DNA of 64,000 nucleotides from Pseudovirgaria hyperparasitica (Eukaryota): assembly GCA_010093815.1 (NCBI GenBank), contig ML996584.1. One strand, written 5' to 3'. Within the stretch, counting starts at the first letter, position 1. Each line of letters opens with the position of its first letter. The notes under the pieces are model-generated. The model ran no database searches. It had not been told where the DNA came from and was given only the letters and a program-made list of their open reading frames with translations. Both the position numbers and the translations under genes were made by a program. This document shows positions 36,483 to 50,154 of this stretch, one piece after another.

Positions 36483-36885
36483 GTGAGGTTTTGGATTGCC
36501 GAACGAGATCAATTGGGTTTTAGATATTGCTGAAAGAGACCAGTGTCGATGCTGTGAGGTGGAAAAAAAGATCAAAACTGAAGTTATCGGGAGAAGTCGG
36601 CCGAATGTTCTGCGCAATTTCACGGCGGAAAGCTCCGCCCCGGTCGGACCCGCTCCCGTCCCCGGCAAGGCTACCCGGCACCCGGCTGTACTGCTTTCAA
36701 AGTTGTCTTTTCATGTACACACATCTGCAAGTGTGTCTATGGGAAAATCTTAGTTTACGCAGCCGATGTATTATCAAAGGGTATGTAGAGCCACGCCATT
36801 CCTGGAAGTTTGGACCTTTTTTATCGCAATGTTTTGTATGATCATTGTCTGAGCCTACACATGTGGTCTATCGAGATCTGACTCA

Positions 36886-38725
36886 CTATGGTGCATATCT
36901 GAATCCTTCAATACCTTCAAGAGCTGGCCCTTTACCTTCATCTGCGAGTCGGTTCTGTCTCTTGAGATATAGTGACATACAGACTGTTACAAGAGTATAG
37001 AACAGCTGCATAGCAATTGTAGCCCACATCCCTGGAAGGTATTGCTGAGTTTGATCAGCAGTTGTATCAACGTATTGCAAACCATGATGAGACTCACAGG
37101 CGCATCTTGAGTTCGGAAAATTGTAGAGCCTGTGATTCCACCAGCCGCTCCGATCGAAATCATTGCGGCAGCAATCACCCCTTTCCTTTCGATTTTGGCC
37201 GTCTGGCTTTGTCCGTAGGAGAGCGTTCCGGGGACGTTGGCTTGAGTACCGAAAGTTGCAAGATACAATCCAAGATAACGCACACCAGGAGGCTTTGCAT
37301 ATAAAATCACGAGCAAGCCAGCGACTGCTGAGAGCGATTGGAAGCACAGCACTGTCCATCTGGTACGGTACTTGTCGGACACCCATGCCATAGCCATCGA
37401 CATTATGATGGCAAAGACGTAGCATGGGCTACTCAGAATCTGAGCAAGAGCATAACTGAAAACTTCAGTACGATCTCCCTTGGAGAATTTCAAGAATGAC
37501 AGACCTGAAACCCATTCCCTCCCGAAGAATGATCGGCTGGAAATAAGAAAGTGAGTAGACACTAGATGCTGCCACGAAGTATTGCATTGAGCTGCGAGTC
37601 TTGTTAGTTCATGGTAACTCCAGAATAGCACAGACTTTAGGTGAGACATACTACACGGCTAATTTCCAGTCCCATAACATTCTCATTGACTCTTTGAACG
37701 TGGGATGTACGAACTGCCTGGCCTCTTTGTCGATCTGCATCCTGCAAATAGCGATGTTTCGTTGCCGGGGAGTCAACCACTTCGCCTTCTCTGGAACTAA
37801 GAAGTATAAGTAAAAGCGTCTCCACATCTTTGGCCTTGGGTATCTTACACTCTACAAGAAAGAACGGAGATATTATACCGGCAACGATCGTCGCGATGCC
37901 TTCGATAATGAAGATCCAGCGCCACCCCTGGCGATACGTACCATTTCCGACTCGGATCAAAGAAAGTGCATATGCAAGAATAGGTCCAAATCCGGAGGCT
38001 AAGAGAGCTGCCATATAGAATAGCGAGACCCGCTTTGCCGTCTCATACTGTCTGTACCAGGATCCAATGATGAATACGGCTCCAGGGAAAAGACCCGCTT
38101 CGAACATCCCCAGCAGCGCTCGGCATACAGTCAGAGACACCCAGCTATGGACGAAGCCCATCCCGAGTACGCAAGCGCCCCATGATATTATCAAGAAGCT
38201 TAGCCAAAGTCTCGCCCCCAAGCGTCGAATTACCATGTTTGAGGGAAGCTCGAAGAGGGCATAGCCTGCGTTGTTTCAGTCAAGGCTGAACACTGTCCCA
38301 TTTGGGGTGCTCACCGATGAAAAATACTAGTAGTGCTATGTTGTATCTTGCGCTAAGCGATGCATCAGTAATGCTCCTCGTCCACTGTGAAAAAATCATC
38401 ACACTCACCCAACATTTAACGCTACATCGCTACTCAGACCAGCGATATACGCCGCTGAGATGTTCGTTCTGTCTAGCAGCGACAGTCCGAACACAACACA
38501 CAGCATAGGAAAGACGCGCCAGTCTAACTTCTTCCTAACATCAAGCTATCAGATATCAGGCTCCTATATGTGAATCATTACTTACACCAAGGCCTTCTCC
38601 TCCTCGGCAGTCCATGTTTGTGCTTTGTCCGCCACTCCATGCTCATGCTCCTGCTCAGACACCTTCTCGGAACTAATGGGACTTATCCTCTCGACATGAT
38701 AAGTCTCGGTTTTGGTGTCGGCCAT
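36886..38725 (-). CDS. MFS transporter, anion:cation symporter (Dal5/Tna1-like) family
   Basis: KLDWRVFPML...LDRTNISAA, FELPSN, RALLGMFEAGLFPG, GWRWIFIIEG, C-terminal GFRYAP; multiple introns. Confidence 0.9.
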
Positions 38726-40158
38726 GTTGGAATGGACTCAAACCCAGTCACGCTAGAGCTAGGTTGATAGAGCAGCGTGTCTCAGAATAAAATCCAAACA
38801 CGAACATACATTCCCGGGCCTCGCACCTCATATACATAAAACATCCCCACCCGCATCCCATCTCTCCCACTCGTTATTCCCGCCTGCCACTCCTCGAATC
38901 GCATGGCCAAGCCCATCCCCAGACCGCCACATTTCTTGGCCTCTTCAAAGTCCCAGCACAAGCCCATCAAGAAACCAGGAAAAAACATCCACGCCGCCCA
39001 ACAAGCTACCAACGCATCTATTGGGACGTTTCCCGTGCCATGAGGTTTGCACTCGCGTGCGCATGAGTCTGGCCCGCTTCTTGGAGCTGGATGCCAAGTT
39101 CTTGTGCCGGACAAAACGCGGGGAACGTCGCGGGGTTGATTATTACCGGATCGTAGGATTCACTGTTTCCTAAGGCAGAAGTTTTTGTTGGAGTGAGGAG
39201 TTTTTGCGCGGTATCTTCTATGTGTGTCCTGGTGGGAAATGGTGCTTTTCGTGAATTGTCGTCTGTTGTTTATTAACGTTTCAGACTTAGCACTGTTAGC
39301 AGGACGGACGAATGTTTCTGCTCGAAGACAACAACGTCTTCATACGAAGTGGCTTTGCTAGCATCGATTGTGTCGTACTTTTTATCTTTTTGCTTCATCA
39401 TGAGTGGAATGTGAGTATATTTATGGGACAAGAGGCCTAGGCAGGAATCGTGGTAATCGTCTTGGATCCCCTGTAAGGAATGTAGTACAGCTGCTACGAC
39501 AGTTATGATTCGGTGTCGTCAACAGACACTAGCCAGGTCGACTTCACATAACCTGACACTTGTAACCCAGATCATAGAAGGATTGAAAGAGAGAATGCCG
39601 ATTCTGGTAGACTGACGTCAACGAGAAAGCCCTTTCCAGACAGGAGTGGATATAGGAGAGATACTTCAGATCAGGTCCAGATTTTCTTGTGTTAGTGTCT
39701 ACGCTCTGAATCACAATTTGAATGCACAAGAGACAAGAAGCATGGAGAGTACTGCTCTACTGTGTTTTTCAAGATTACTTCTCCGGCAATCTATTTTCGG
39801 AGTTTGTAACCTCCAGTCGGTCTTGTTTCGAGTCGGACATTCCATTCTCTCTGATCCTATCCTTCCACTGTCTTCTGCCAGTGTCTCCCTTTTCTCTGTA
39901 TGGCTTGTAGCCCGAAAAATTCCAACCTCGATAGATCTGTTCATCCTCGTGTAGCAATACGACAAGTCAGACGTTAGACGAAGGGATCTCGACAGGCGTA
40001 GATGAAGCAGATACACGAGAGACCCAACAGCACATCATGAGAAGCAGGATCATACCATAAGGATACAAGAACCTCAACCGCGTGCTCCAGTCTCAGCAAG
40101 TACGCCATCAGCAACACCATCCAGCAATCCCACACAGAACCTCCACAAACAAACCAAC

Positions 40159-41864
40159 TCACACCTTCCGAACCTCCCTAACCCTCTCCACACCCCCCTT
40201 CTCCCCCAAATCCACATGATGCGCATCCTCAGCCCCCACCAGATCCGCCCCCTTCTCCACATGATTCTGCCCGCCAAACAGCCCATCCATCTCCTCCAAA
40301 CTCACCTTCTTCGTCTCGGGGATCCACAGCCACACAAACACCGCCAACAGCACATTCACCGCCATAAACATGTAAAACGCGTAGAACCCACAGTTCTCCA
40401 GGAAAGTCGGGAAGAACTGCTGCACGATGCTGTTGACCACGTTCTGCATCTGGCTCGCCATCCCGACGGCCTGGGCGCGCACATTCATGCTGAAGATCTC
40501 CGATGTCCAGATCCATGTCGTCGCGCCCCAGGATGGCTTGTAGAAGAAGGCGAAGAGGAAGAGCAGGAAGACGATGCTGATGCCTACGGGCTGCGACTTG
40601 ACCCCGGCGCCGTAGCTGGGCGTTTGCGTCTCGACAGTCGCGACGATCAGCATGCACACCGCCATTCCGACTGCGCCCGTGATGAACAGAAACTTGCGCC
40701 CGAACCGATCCACCGTCCACGTCGCATTCAGCGTGAAGATGATCCCAAACGTCGCGTTCAGCGCGTTAATCAGGCTGATCGTGTCGTCCGAGTTGAACAC
40801 CTTCTGGTACACCTTCGTCGAGTACGTGTTCAGCGTGCCCTGGCCCGTAATCTGCTGGCCGGCATTGAGCACAAAGGCAAGGAACAACCTGTACCTCACG
40901 CTGCGGTCCTTCCAGAGCGCCGAGTACGAGCTCGAGATGGCCTCCTTTTCAAACTCGATGGCCTCGCGGATGACGAGGATTTCGTCCTCGACTTCTTGCT
41001 CTGTGTTGCGCACGCGGTGCAGCGAGGCGCGCGCGGCGTCGATGCGGTTGCCGTGCTGGATGTACCAGCGAGGCGTCTCCGGGATGAAGAAGACCTGGGC
41101 GAGGATCAGGACGGGCACGAGGATTTGGAAGATGACGACCATTTTCCAGTCCCATTCGCCGAGGGCGACGACGTGCTTGGAACAGGCGTATTTGACCCAG
41201 TAGCTTTGGGATGTGTTAGCTTGAGGAAACAAGATGAGAGAAGGGGGGATAGGTGGATAGTGGAAAGGAGACGTACGCGATGAACGACCCGACGCTGTAG
41301 AACATTTGCCAGAAACTCATGATCTTGCCACGGATCTCAGGGGGCGATAGCTCTCCGATGTAGATGGGTCCAGCAGCTAAATTCCACATCAGCGCCCACT
41401 ACAGCCCGTGCGGAACTGATGTACCTACTTAGAGCGATACCCTGAGCGAGACCAATAACCACACGCCCAGCAATAAAACAGCCAATATTCCCTCTCGGAC
41501 TGAACGTCTGGATGAACGTGGCCACGATGGTGAAGAACGCCCCAATCGCCATGCCCCATCGCCGACCAAGCTTGTCCGCAATAGGACCGCCCATGAAGAA
41601 GCCAGAGATGATGGCACCGACATTGTAGGCCGTGTTGACCGCACCAACCATCTGAGTGTCCTTCGGGGTAATGTTGAAATAGGCAAACCAGTGCTTCGAG
41701 CCCTGCACGGCGTTGTACACCGAAGCGTCATAGCCGTAGAGGACCATACATGATGCCGCCACGAGGGAAATGTACCTGCCAGCCACACATCATCAGCAAC
41801 GTAGAATTCGAGCACTCCCAAGACACACTCACCAGTTGTACACTCTCTTGCCTCCGACCGCCAT
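40159..41864 (-). CDS. MFS sugar porter
   Basis: MAVGGKRVYNW|YISLVAASCMVLYGYD, DKLGRR, PETPRW, QQITG, VDRFGRK, PETK motifs; three introns. Confidence 0.92.
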
Positions 41865-42624
41865 ATTGACGATATTGCTGCTCCCGTATCAGAAGAAGCT
41901 TTTGCCCTGGGAGGAAGAAGTAGTAGTAGAAGATGTTGCAATCCACAGAGTCTGCGATCCCGGATAAAACCATACAAAGAAACGATATATATAAATGCTA
42001 CACGGCCTACATGGTTCAGGTTTCTCCGTCTGGCATACATACACCAACATCCCTCCCATGCACTATTCCCCAGTCCCCGGATGCTAAGCTCTGATAAACG
42101 AGTATGGACTGGGCTCTGGACAAGCCACAATATGGAGTGTAGCCCTATGGGTACCTTTAAGGAGGACCCCGCAACCGCATATGGTTGGTTGGTGCTTGAG
42201 ACTTTAAACAAGGCATCGGAGGCCCCGCAGATCGCCTTAAATGTAAGCCTTGCTGCTAAGGATCTGAGTGGACGGACCCTTGTTTCCTTCATAATCCACC
42301 AACCAGCTAACATCGTTTCGAGGACGCAACACTACGAGAAGTAGATTTGATTCCATCAAGAGATGTGCCATGGGACAGGTAAGCTATGGGGCGTTCCGAG
42401 TGTGGATTGATCTTCGATCACGCACGGCTTGCTGGACAGTACTTCGACGGGGATATACGGGGTCAGTTGAGCAGAAAATGAATGAGCTGAAGCTCCTCGC
42501 AGAGAATGGTTTTGGTAACATTCATCCAAATTTTATTCTGTTGTTACATCATAGAGAGAGCGGTCTGCGCCTACACATTGCGATCAGAGCGACTCCCATT
42601 CGTCATAGAGTAGTCTCACTCCTT

Positions 42625-43990
42625 TTAGTCAAAGTTGAAAGCCTTGCTGTACGCCTTCTTCTCCTTCTCTCGTCTCTCCTTGACCTTCTTCTTCAGGCTC
42701 GCTAGTTCATTTGTGATGTTTGAGTCGCCTGGAACGTGCTTCAACGCCTGTTCGAGATCCTTGATAGCTTCTTCCTCATCCTTCTTCGCAGCCCGTGCAA
42801 GTGCGCGTCGGTACAGGGCTTTACCCTTGTCTTGCTCACTCACGCCCTTCTGTCCTAAGGCTTTGGTAGCAGAGTCCAGAGCTGCATCATTCTGCTTCAG
42901 CTTGAGCTGCAACAGCGCACTATTCGAGTGTAGCGAGAAGCGTAAGGCAGATAGTTGTCCCTCGAGCTCTTTGGGATCGCTCTCGAGCGGTGTCGGGTAC
43001 TCATTAAGATATCGCAGGCCCTTCTGATATTTGTCCACACCAAGACTGATATCTCCAGCCTTGAACGCCTTATTTCCCATGTCCTTCAGTTCTGTTGCGA
43101 TGTTGACAATGTCGGTGCCCTTCCAGTCGCCGCTCTGCTGGTCTTCCGGAAAGTCCTCATACGGATCGCCAGTGGCATCGGCTTTTTTCTCCGTGGCCGC
43201 CTCGTAGTCCGCACCTTTGAGCTCCCCACAATCCACGATCGTAGCCTGCTTGCTTGGCTTATCACCAGATGGGCACGGTAGGTTCTCAATCGTGCGGACG
43301 ATGGACTTGCCATTGATGACCTCTCCGAACACGACATGCTTGTTATCGAGATGAGGGGTGGGAACAGTGGTGACGAAGAATTGAGAGCCGTTGGTGCCTA
43401 TATGAGCCATTAGGTCAGAAGCTGGTCGACATGCAAAGCGCACAGCGACTCACCTGGGCCCGCATTGGCCATGGAGAGCAGGAATGGCCTTTCATGCTTG
43501 CGCTCGAAGTTCTCATCCTCGAATTTTTCACCGTAGATCGATTCTCCACCTGTACCGTCACCCTTTGTAAAGTCTCCTCCTTGGATCATAAAGCCCTTTA
43601 TGACGCGATGGAAGAACGATCCCTTATAGGACAGAGCCCTGCCGGACTTGCCCTCACCCTTCTCACCCGTACATAGCGCCCTGAAGTTCTCGGCGGTCTT
43701 AGGAACGACTGCATCAATGGGTCAGTTGCCGGTGCGCAACGACTGGCGTATTCATCTTCATCTTACTGTCATCGTACTAGAGAAACGTGAGCCAGAGGAA
43801 CCGCAGAGATGGCCAAGGAGTTGTGAGTAGACTTACGAGCTCAAAGGCAACTCTTCCGAGCCGAGATCCGTCGATCTCGATATCAAAGTAGACTCTGCTT
43901 CGTTCTAAGACGCGAAGTGAGCACAGTGTATTGATACTCAAGTGGGGTAGCGGGGAAGCAAGCTCAGTTACCTTTCGAGCTCGACGCCAT
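42625..43990 (-). CDS. CPR6: Cyclophilin-40 (PPIase plus TPR; Cpr6/PPID)
   Basis: [57 protein letters not shown], then a TPR region. Includes a 10-nt microexon at 43767-43776. Confidence 0.93.
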
Positions 43991-44641
43991 GTTCGAATTG
44001 TTATGCGGGTTGATTGTCTTGTGTTCTATTCTGGACAGAGGAAATCTCGAGTCAGGCAGTGTGTTGAAGAATGGAGTTATGTTAGAGTAGGCGAAGCTGT
44101 GCAAGGCTTAAGATGCAGACGCAGATCTGGTGGAATGTTCGAGCACCTGCACAAGCTTGAACGTGGTGCCCGTGCGCAGCTTTCCCGTTTCTATATTCGG
44201 CATTAATCACTTATAGTTGTAAGCATTCGGGAACTCAGGAGATCCTACAAAAACGAAGTAAATTTCTGCTGTATAGCTATGTGATTGGAACATTGACGCC
44301 CGCTAGCCACCGCCTCGCTGGCAGAAATGCAAGTATGTAAACTGCCTGATCGATAATCGGGCCGCTTTTGACTCGCTGAAAAGCTCAACAAGCTAGGAAT
44401 GAAAGCAAGAAGTAAAATGCCATGACCTTGTACTTATATCTCATCAAAATGCCTCCTCTTTTATCAAATCAGTAAGACGGACTCGGAATCGTAGAGACTC
44501 GAGCCGCTGAAGAAACGTAAACCGAAAAACTCCGCCCAAGTTGCCGCTGTCCAAAGCCATACACGTGCCGGGTATCATTCGTCAAATGCTTTCGTCGTGT
44601 ACACGCTGTAATCAGTCATGCTCCTCTTCACTCGTTATTGT

Positions 44642-47600
44642 TCATTTCTTCTTCCTGCTAAAGCTAGGAACGATGTTTTTGAAACCAGACTTCTCCTTAT
44701 CTCCTTTGGCCTTGTCTTTCTCCGGCGCCTGACTGCTACTGCTGAACTTCGGTAGAGCTGTAGCATACTCATCATCACTATCACCAAGACTAGGGTCGAC
44801 ATGGCTTCGTCCGATTGTACCTCTGGACATTGACTCTTCCCAGCCGTGAGAGGAGCCCGGTGGCGTATCACCAGCAGCAGAAGCGGACGCAGATGCAGCA
44901 CCGCTACTCGGTGCGTAACGTGAAGATAGTGCTTTCGAAGATATGATCGAAGATGGTTTGGCGCCCGATCCTGAAAAGGTACGAGGCTTGGCATGCTTCA
45001 TTGTTACAGGAGTTGACGTGGGCGATGTCTCGTCGTCATCTATTTGCGATTGGGCGGCCATAACTTCGCGACGACCAGGCCTCCTGCTAAGATCAAGAAC
45101 AGCGCTGGTCTCTAGTTGTTCGACGAGCTCCTCCCACTGAACGCTTAATGAGCTGCTGGGACGCTCTGCACGCTCTGCGCCAGCCAGACAATCTTTTGTC
45201 CTCTGCTTCAACGATTGACATTGTGCATGGAACTTGGCCAAGTCTCCGTCTCCTTCCTGTATGTGATGTGCTGTGTTTGCGTGCTCAAGCCATAGTGTAA
45301 CGAGACCCGCAAAGTTTCGCGCGTGGTCAATAAGATATGGTAGAGATGGAAATCCCTCTCTCGATGTGGGCGGGAGTCGCTGCAAAATTGCAATAGGGGT
45401 GCTGTATGATGGGGGGATCGGTGGGCCGTTACCGGATCCCGATGGAACCGAGCATACGGTGTCGAGGAAAGTCCTGAATTCCTGTCGGTGGGCGGTCAGG
45501 AAGCTGTTCATGGGCTCCATCCAGTGTTCTTTCGAACCAAAAGTTGACATGTTGGCGAGGCCCTGTAACGATTTTGCAATTAGCGTATAGGTGCGACGAG
45601 CTCGCATCTTCGGCTTGTCTGTCCTGGGATTAGCACATGCAACAAATATATCTGCAATCACATCATGCTTACCTTTGAGCAATCCAAAGAGATTGGGATT
45701 CAGGACGGCGGGACAAAAGAACCGCAGAAAGAGAAATCCAGATACACTACTGTATGCAACAGTCCTAAGAAAGTCCCCAAAGCGATCTTCAGCGCAACCC
45801 CGAATATGGCGGAAGATGATTCGGAGTTCTTGCGGACAACGATTTGCAGAGTTGAATATGGCCTTCCAGACTTCCTCTGTCCAACTGATAAGCTTCCGCC
45901 AGTTCTTGTCCAAATCGTGAGATGAGAGAACTTTGTTCGGATCGACTTCGCAGTCCGGATCTTTCTCCAGAATTTCGTTCATCTTGTCTGAGAGCGTTTC
46001 CTCCAAGTACTCCTTTCCTAGACGCCTCATGTGTAGATCAAGGGACTTTGTCAGAAGAGTATTGCCTCGGAATAGGAGGTTAGCTTCGAGCTTCGCGTTA
46101 TTGCCCATATCGCGGACAAGAAGCTCACGATCACTATTCAATGCAACAGATTCACTTGAATCAGTCGAGCCCATTCGGCGGCTGAATCGGAGTCTGCTGG
46201 CTGGAGTTTCCTTTTGTGTGCCATCAATTTCCTCCTCGACCAAGGCCATGATCCAATCCCCAGCTTGTCCGGAGACTTGGAATATGTTCAAGAGGTAGTC
46301 TGATAGTCGCTTCAGTTCGTTTGGAATCATCTGAGCTAGCTGGAGAGTTAGGCCGTTCGAAAATTTGTGCAGTAGTTCTGACATTGGCTGGTAATCCCGG
46401 GCCATTAGGATGACGCTATCATCTGTGGAGACCTTGAGCATCACTTCTCCGACTGGATTGGCGTACATGTTGTTCAGCTGCCACCATTTATCGATCGGCT
46501 TATTGCTCTCAAGATCATCAAGATAAATATCAACTTTTCCGACAGTCTGGTCAAAAGATAGTGTGTTGTAAATGCCAAAAGATTCTGTCGAGGTGAGCGC
46601 ATCCTCTGCCGCCTTTCGTGCAACTTCTTTGCGCGACGGCTCAATAGGTCCAGCTCCAGCAGGCCGTCGCTTGAGGACTATAGTGCAGCTAGACATGACC
46701 GCTGGCAAATCGGTAAACTCAAAATCCTCGCCCCAGAATGGATGACTTGATTCGGCAATTACTGTGGATCTCGCGCGGATTTCGTTGTCAAGGAGAACCT
46801 CAATGTAATAGCCTCCTTGGAGGACCGCGCCATTCTGCCCTTTGGTACTAGGTACGGCAGGCGTAGAGGAAGTGAGCTTTGCCTCCATGATTCGCATCGA
46901 GAGTGAACGCTCCATCCTGAACATATCTACCGTCGAAGAAGAGAGACCAGGAGAGGGCATGTCGCCGTTAGGACTCTGCTTTGGACCATATAATTGAGGT
47001 ATCGTGAAGGCTCGAAGGAGAACGATCCAGACTTCGTAGAGTACACGTGATTCAAGGGACAAAACAACCGGTCGAAGCAGTGATAAAGAGTTTGCCGCCG
47101 ATGTATACTGTGGATATATTGCAATGCAGAACTCATTATCCAAGACGGAAGGATTCAAACGTTGAATGGCGCTGCGTGAAAGATGCGATAGCTGAACCAC
47201 GGAGACTAATGTCACGTCTGTGTCGGCGTATAACTTGAGCTCCCCATTCTCTCGCAAGGTGCACGATACCTTACGCCATTTCCGCGCTCCTTGACTTTGC
47301 ATCCTAGTATTACCTGGCCGGCTGGACTTTGGCGTTTCAGGCCTTGTTGTGCTGCTGCTGCTACTGGAGCTGGAAGTATCCCAGTAAATCATTTTGCCGA
47401 CTTTGATGATAGGGGCTTCTTTCAAAAGGGAGACCTCAGAGTGTCTACGACTGTCTACAAGACGTCGTTCAGTTGCGAGTGCGGCCTGTGGCTTCGCCAT
47501 TCGGTTGAGAATGCCCTTCGGCCGTAGAGGTTGCCAGCAGAGCAATGCTGCGAACCAGGAATCGTAGGCATCCTGAGTAGGGGGTCGTAAATGCACCTCG

Positions 47601-48517
47601 AGGCTCGAGTTGTGCAGTGCAACCTCAATGTAGGATGTGACACTCTCGGCGTCGTAGCCACTCCGTACTTTACAGCCTCGGAGGTCCGGAATGAGGGTCC
47701 TGTGGTACGAGGATGATTCTCCACGGGGCTCAAATACTAAGCTTCCTGATTCGTCATTAATATAACAATAAGACATCGACCAGTTGCTTGAGGCGCCTCG
47801 TCTGAAAGCAAGCATTCCCTGCATCTTTCCGGACGAAGTCTTCATCAATCTCAGAATCTTGCGAGTGTCAGAAGTTGTCGTTGGAGCAGCCCATGAGTCT
47901 GGGTGGGTAGTGCTGGAGCTGTGCGGTAACAGCATTGGTTGCTGCGGCGGAAATTTAATCAGGCGGTTTCGGTTTGCATTAGTTGACCGATGACCAGTAT
48001 GATACATAGAGGAGGAAGCCGTAGCTGGGTCGTCGATGGAAGGATGGCCAATCGACGTTATAATGTCGTCGGCACTTCCTTGATAGGATCCGGAGGCAGC
48101 AGCATGCACAGATCCAACACGGTGCCTGCTAGTGACAAAAAGATTGGACGAAGAAACGTCTCTGGCGGTCCTTTCTTCCATGGTACGAGTCCTAGGTCTC
48201 AACTGAGATTCTTTTGCACCGCGTAGGCTTACGTCTCCTTCATTAGCATTTCCACGTGCACCATACGCTCGAGGAGTCGTATTTCTTGGACTTTCTTGGT
48301 TTGAACCGGACCTTGGTGATATGGGTGGGGAGTTGACCATAGATCCGTCTCGAGAATAAATCGATCGCTCCCCTAGCTCGGGTTCAGGCGTCACTGCTCG
48401 TATGGTAGGCGCAACATGGGATCGAGATGGAAGAACTCGACCCTCTGGTAGGGATGCCTGTGTTGTGTACGCCTCCGATACATTCTTTCGTCGGCTGGCC
48501 TGCCTGCTTTGGTCCAT
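44642..48517 (-). CDS. Ras GTPase-activating protein with PH-like and C2 domains (Bud2/Cla2-like)
   Basis: LFRGNTLLTKS arginine finger, SGFLFLRFFCPAVLNP, LIAKSLQGLAN, C2-like PFWGEDFEF. Intron 45619-45672. Start taken as first ATG (MDQSRQ). Confidence 0.9.
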   Translation of the reverse strand: MDQSRQASRRKNVSEAYTTQASLPEGRVLPSRSHVAPTIRAVTPEPELGERSIYSRDGSMVNSPPISPRSGSNQESPRNTTPRAYGARGNANEGDVSLRGAKESQLRPRTRTMEERTARDVSSSNLFVTSRHRVGSVHAAASGSYQGSADDIITSIGHPSIDDPATASSSMYHTGHRSTNANRNRLIKFPPQQPMLLPHSSSTTHPDSWAAPTTTSDTRKILRLMKTSSGKMQGMLAFRRGASSNWSMSYCYINDESGSLVFEPRGESSSYHRTLIPDLRGCKVRSGYDAESVTSYIEVALHNSSLEVHLRPPTQDAYDSWFAALLCWQPLRPKGILNRMAKPQAALATERRLVDSRRHSEVSLLKEAPIIKVGKMIYWDTSSSSSSSSTTRPETPKSSRPGNTRMQSQGARKWRKVSCTLRENGELKLYADTDVTLVSVVQLSHLSRSAIQRLNPSVLDNEFCIAIYPQYTSAANSLSLLRPVVLSLESRVLYEVWIVLLRAFTIPQLYGPKQSPNGDMPSPGLSSSTVDMFRMERSLSMRIMEAKLTSSTPAVPSTKGQNGAVLQGGYYIEVLLDNEIRARSTVIAESSHPFWGEDFEFTDLPAVMSSCTIVLKRRPAGAGPIEPSRKEVARKAAEDALTSTESFGIYNTLSFDQTVGKVDIYLDDLESNKPIDKWWQLNNMYANPVGEVMLKVSTDDSVILMARDYQPMSELLHKFSNGLTLQLAQMIPNELKRLSDYLLNIFQVSGQAGDWIMALVEEEIDGTQKETPASRLRFSRRMGSTDSSESVALNSDRELLVRDMGNNAKLEANLLFRGNTLLTKSLDLHMRRLGKEYLEETLSDKMNEILEKDPDCEVDPNKVLSSHDLDKNWRKLISWTEEVWKAIFNSANRCPQELRIIFRHIRGCAEDRFGDFLRTVAYSSVSGFLFLRFFCPAVLNPNLFGLLKGKHDVIADIFVACANPRTDKPKMRARRTYTLIAKSLQGLANMSTFGSKEHWMEPMNSFLTAHRQEFRTFLDTVCSVPSGSGNGPPIPPSYSTPIAILQRLPPTSREGFPSLPYLIDHARNFAGLVTLWLEHANTAHHIQEGDGDLAKFHAQCQSLKQRTKDCLAGAERAERPSSSLSVQWEELVEQLETSAVLDLSRRPGRREVMAAQSQIDDDETSPTSTPVTMKHAKPRTFSGSGAKPSSIISSKALSSRYAPSSGAASASASAAGDTPPGSSHGWEESMSRGTIGRSHVDPSLGDSDDEYATALPKFSSSSQAPEKDKAKGDKEKSGFKNIVPSFSRKKK

Positions 48518-50154
48518 GCTGACCGAACCCCCGCAATGGTGCGAAGAGTCGTTGGATCCAGATCTTTTGTCAGGTTCCTGCCAACTGCGCAGCACCGCAA
48601 GTTAGGCAAACGTCTTTTCTAATTTATAGCCAGCCAAGTCGACTGCGACGTCGTGCCAGTATTGAATCCTGGCTCGTCCACAGTTGTAACTAACTGCCCC
48701 ACGTTGCTGGAAATGGCGAGGCCAGATACGGCGTCCAGTCACTCGACCACGACGCAACGCGCTTCGCAGAGTTATCTCAATAGCACCCTTCAGAATATCC
48801 TACGACTGGGCGATGCAGTAGGGTCCTCTCATGCGCATGAGGATCGAAAGGCGACGTCGTGGGGCTCTTGGCGGGTAGCGGTGCAAACGACTGCTCGTCA
48901 GAAGGAACGGTGAGCAACGAATGGTGGAAGCATGTCGCACGTAGGACACTAGAGGGCGATTGAAGCGCGCAGAGAATGAGGCAGTACGGAGCGAGGATGA
49001 TAACGGAGGAGGCCTGAAAAATGAAGGGTTTGATGTTTCGCGGCGACCTGGAATGAAGTTGGGTGAGGAACAGACAGTAGCTGCAGCCAATCCCGAGTCA
49101 TGGGCAGCGGGAACGTGCTCCAATCCACCACCTCAGTCGGGTTCTCTCCTACACGGAACAGTCAAGACGACAAAAAGGCCAAAAGAGAGATATAGAGAGA
49201 GAGATTGGGCCAGTTGAGCAGTGCACAAACTGCAGCAATAATGTTGTCGGAGGAACTGCAACAAGTGTTATCATTGGGCTTGGTACCTATACCTAGTAGG
49301 TTAAAGCATTTCCCCAGATCAAACACATCCGTTATTAATTTAACCCCAAGCTTCGGGTCCGGCCTGCTAACGCCCCTCGCACGAGGGCGGTGGTTAATTA
49401 GTTCCTTTGTTCAATGTTATTAGAGGATGTTGCGGTAGATTGCACGAAGCACAGGACGTAGTCATGTCATGCAGTTCTCTGTTAGCTCTGATAAAGAGTC
49501 TGCTGCCATCTAGAACTGCCAGATCAGATGTCAAATGCTTGAGGATCGTCAGTTGTCAAGCCGATGCTGCTCGCTAACCGAATGAGCCGGCGAGCCAGCT
49601 GTATGCATGATGCGTCCCAATTGCATTAGTCCAAAAGTCTATATATATAGATTATTAGGGGGTCTGTGTCGAACAGCAACAGTTACATGCAGAGGCATGC
49701 GAACCAATGGAATTCATCTGTATAGAATACCACAGGTAGTGTAACCCTGGCATATCGCATACCCAAAATGGGCTCAGGGCTTCTGCGCCGAGCACCGGGT
49801 GTTGTTCATCAATAAAAGTCTGCACGCACCGCTGTTTCGGCGAGCACGTTTCAGAAAATAGGAGACAGGTCAAGTAAGTAAGCCAGTGCTGAAGCAAAGA
49901 TAAGGTATCATTCGTGTTCCTGCGTAGACTCGCCAATCTCCATAACGTGATATAGTAAGCAATAATAAAAAAACCTCAACTGCGTCGACTCGGGGACTCC
50001 GTCCGTCGTCATATCCAACAGCGAGCAGCCCAAATTGTAACAGGATAAGTAAAATAAATATATCATATTTGCACGTGAGAACCCGGTAAAATGTTCATCT
50101 GCCTGGTCTGATCGAGGTTCGTCGCTTTGCGATCCTCTCAGAGATGCAGCTAGC

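Noticed and set aside
40216..41283. 355-aa plus-strand ORF
   Set aside because: Antisense shadow of the GC3-rich sugar porter.
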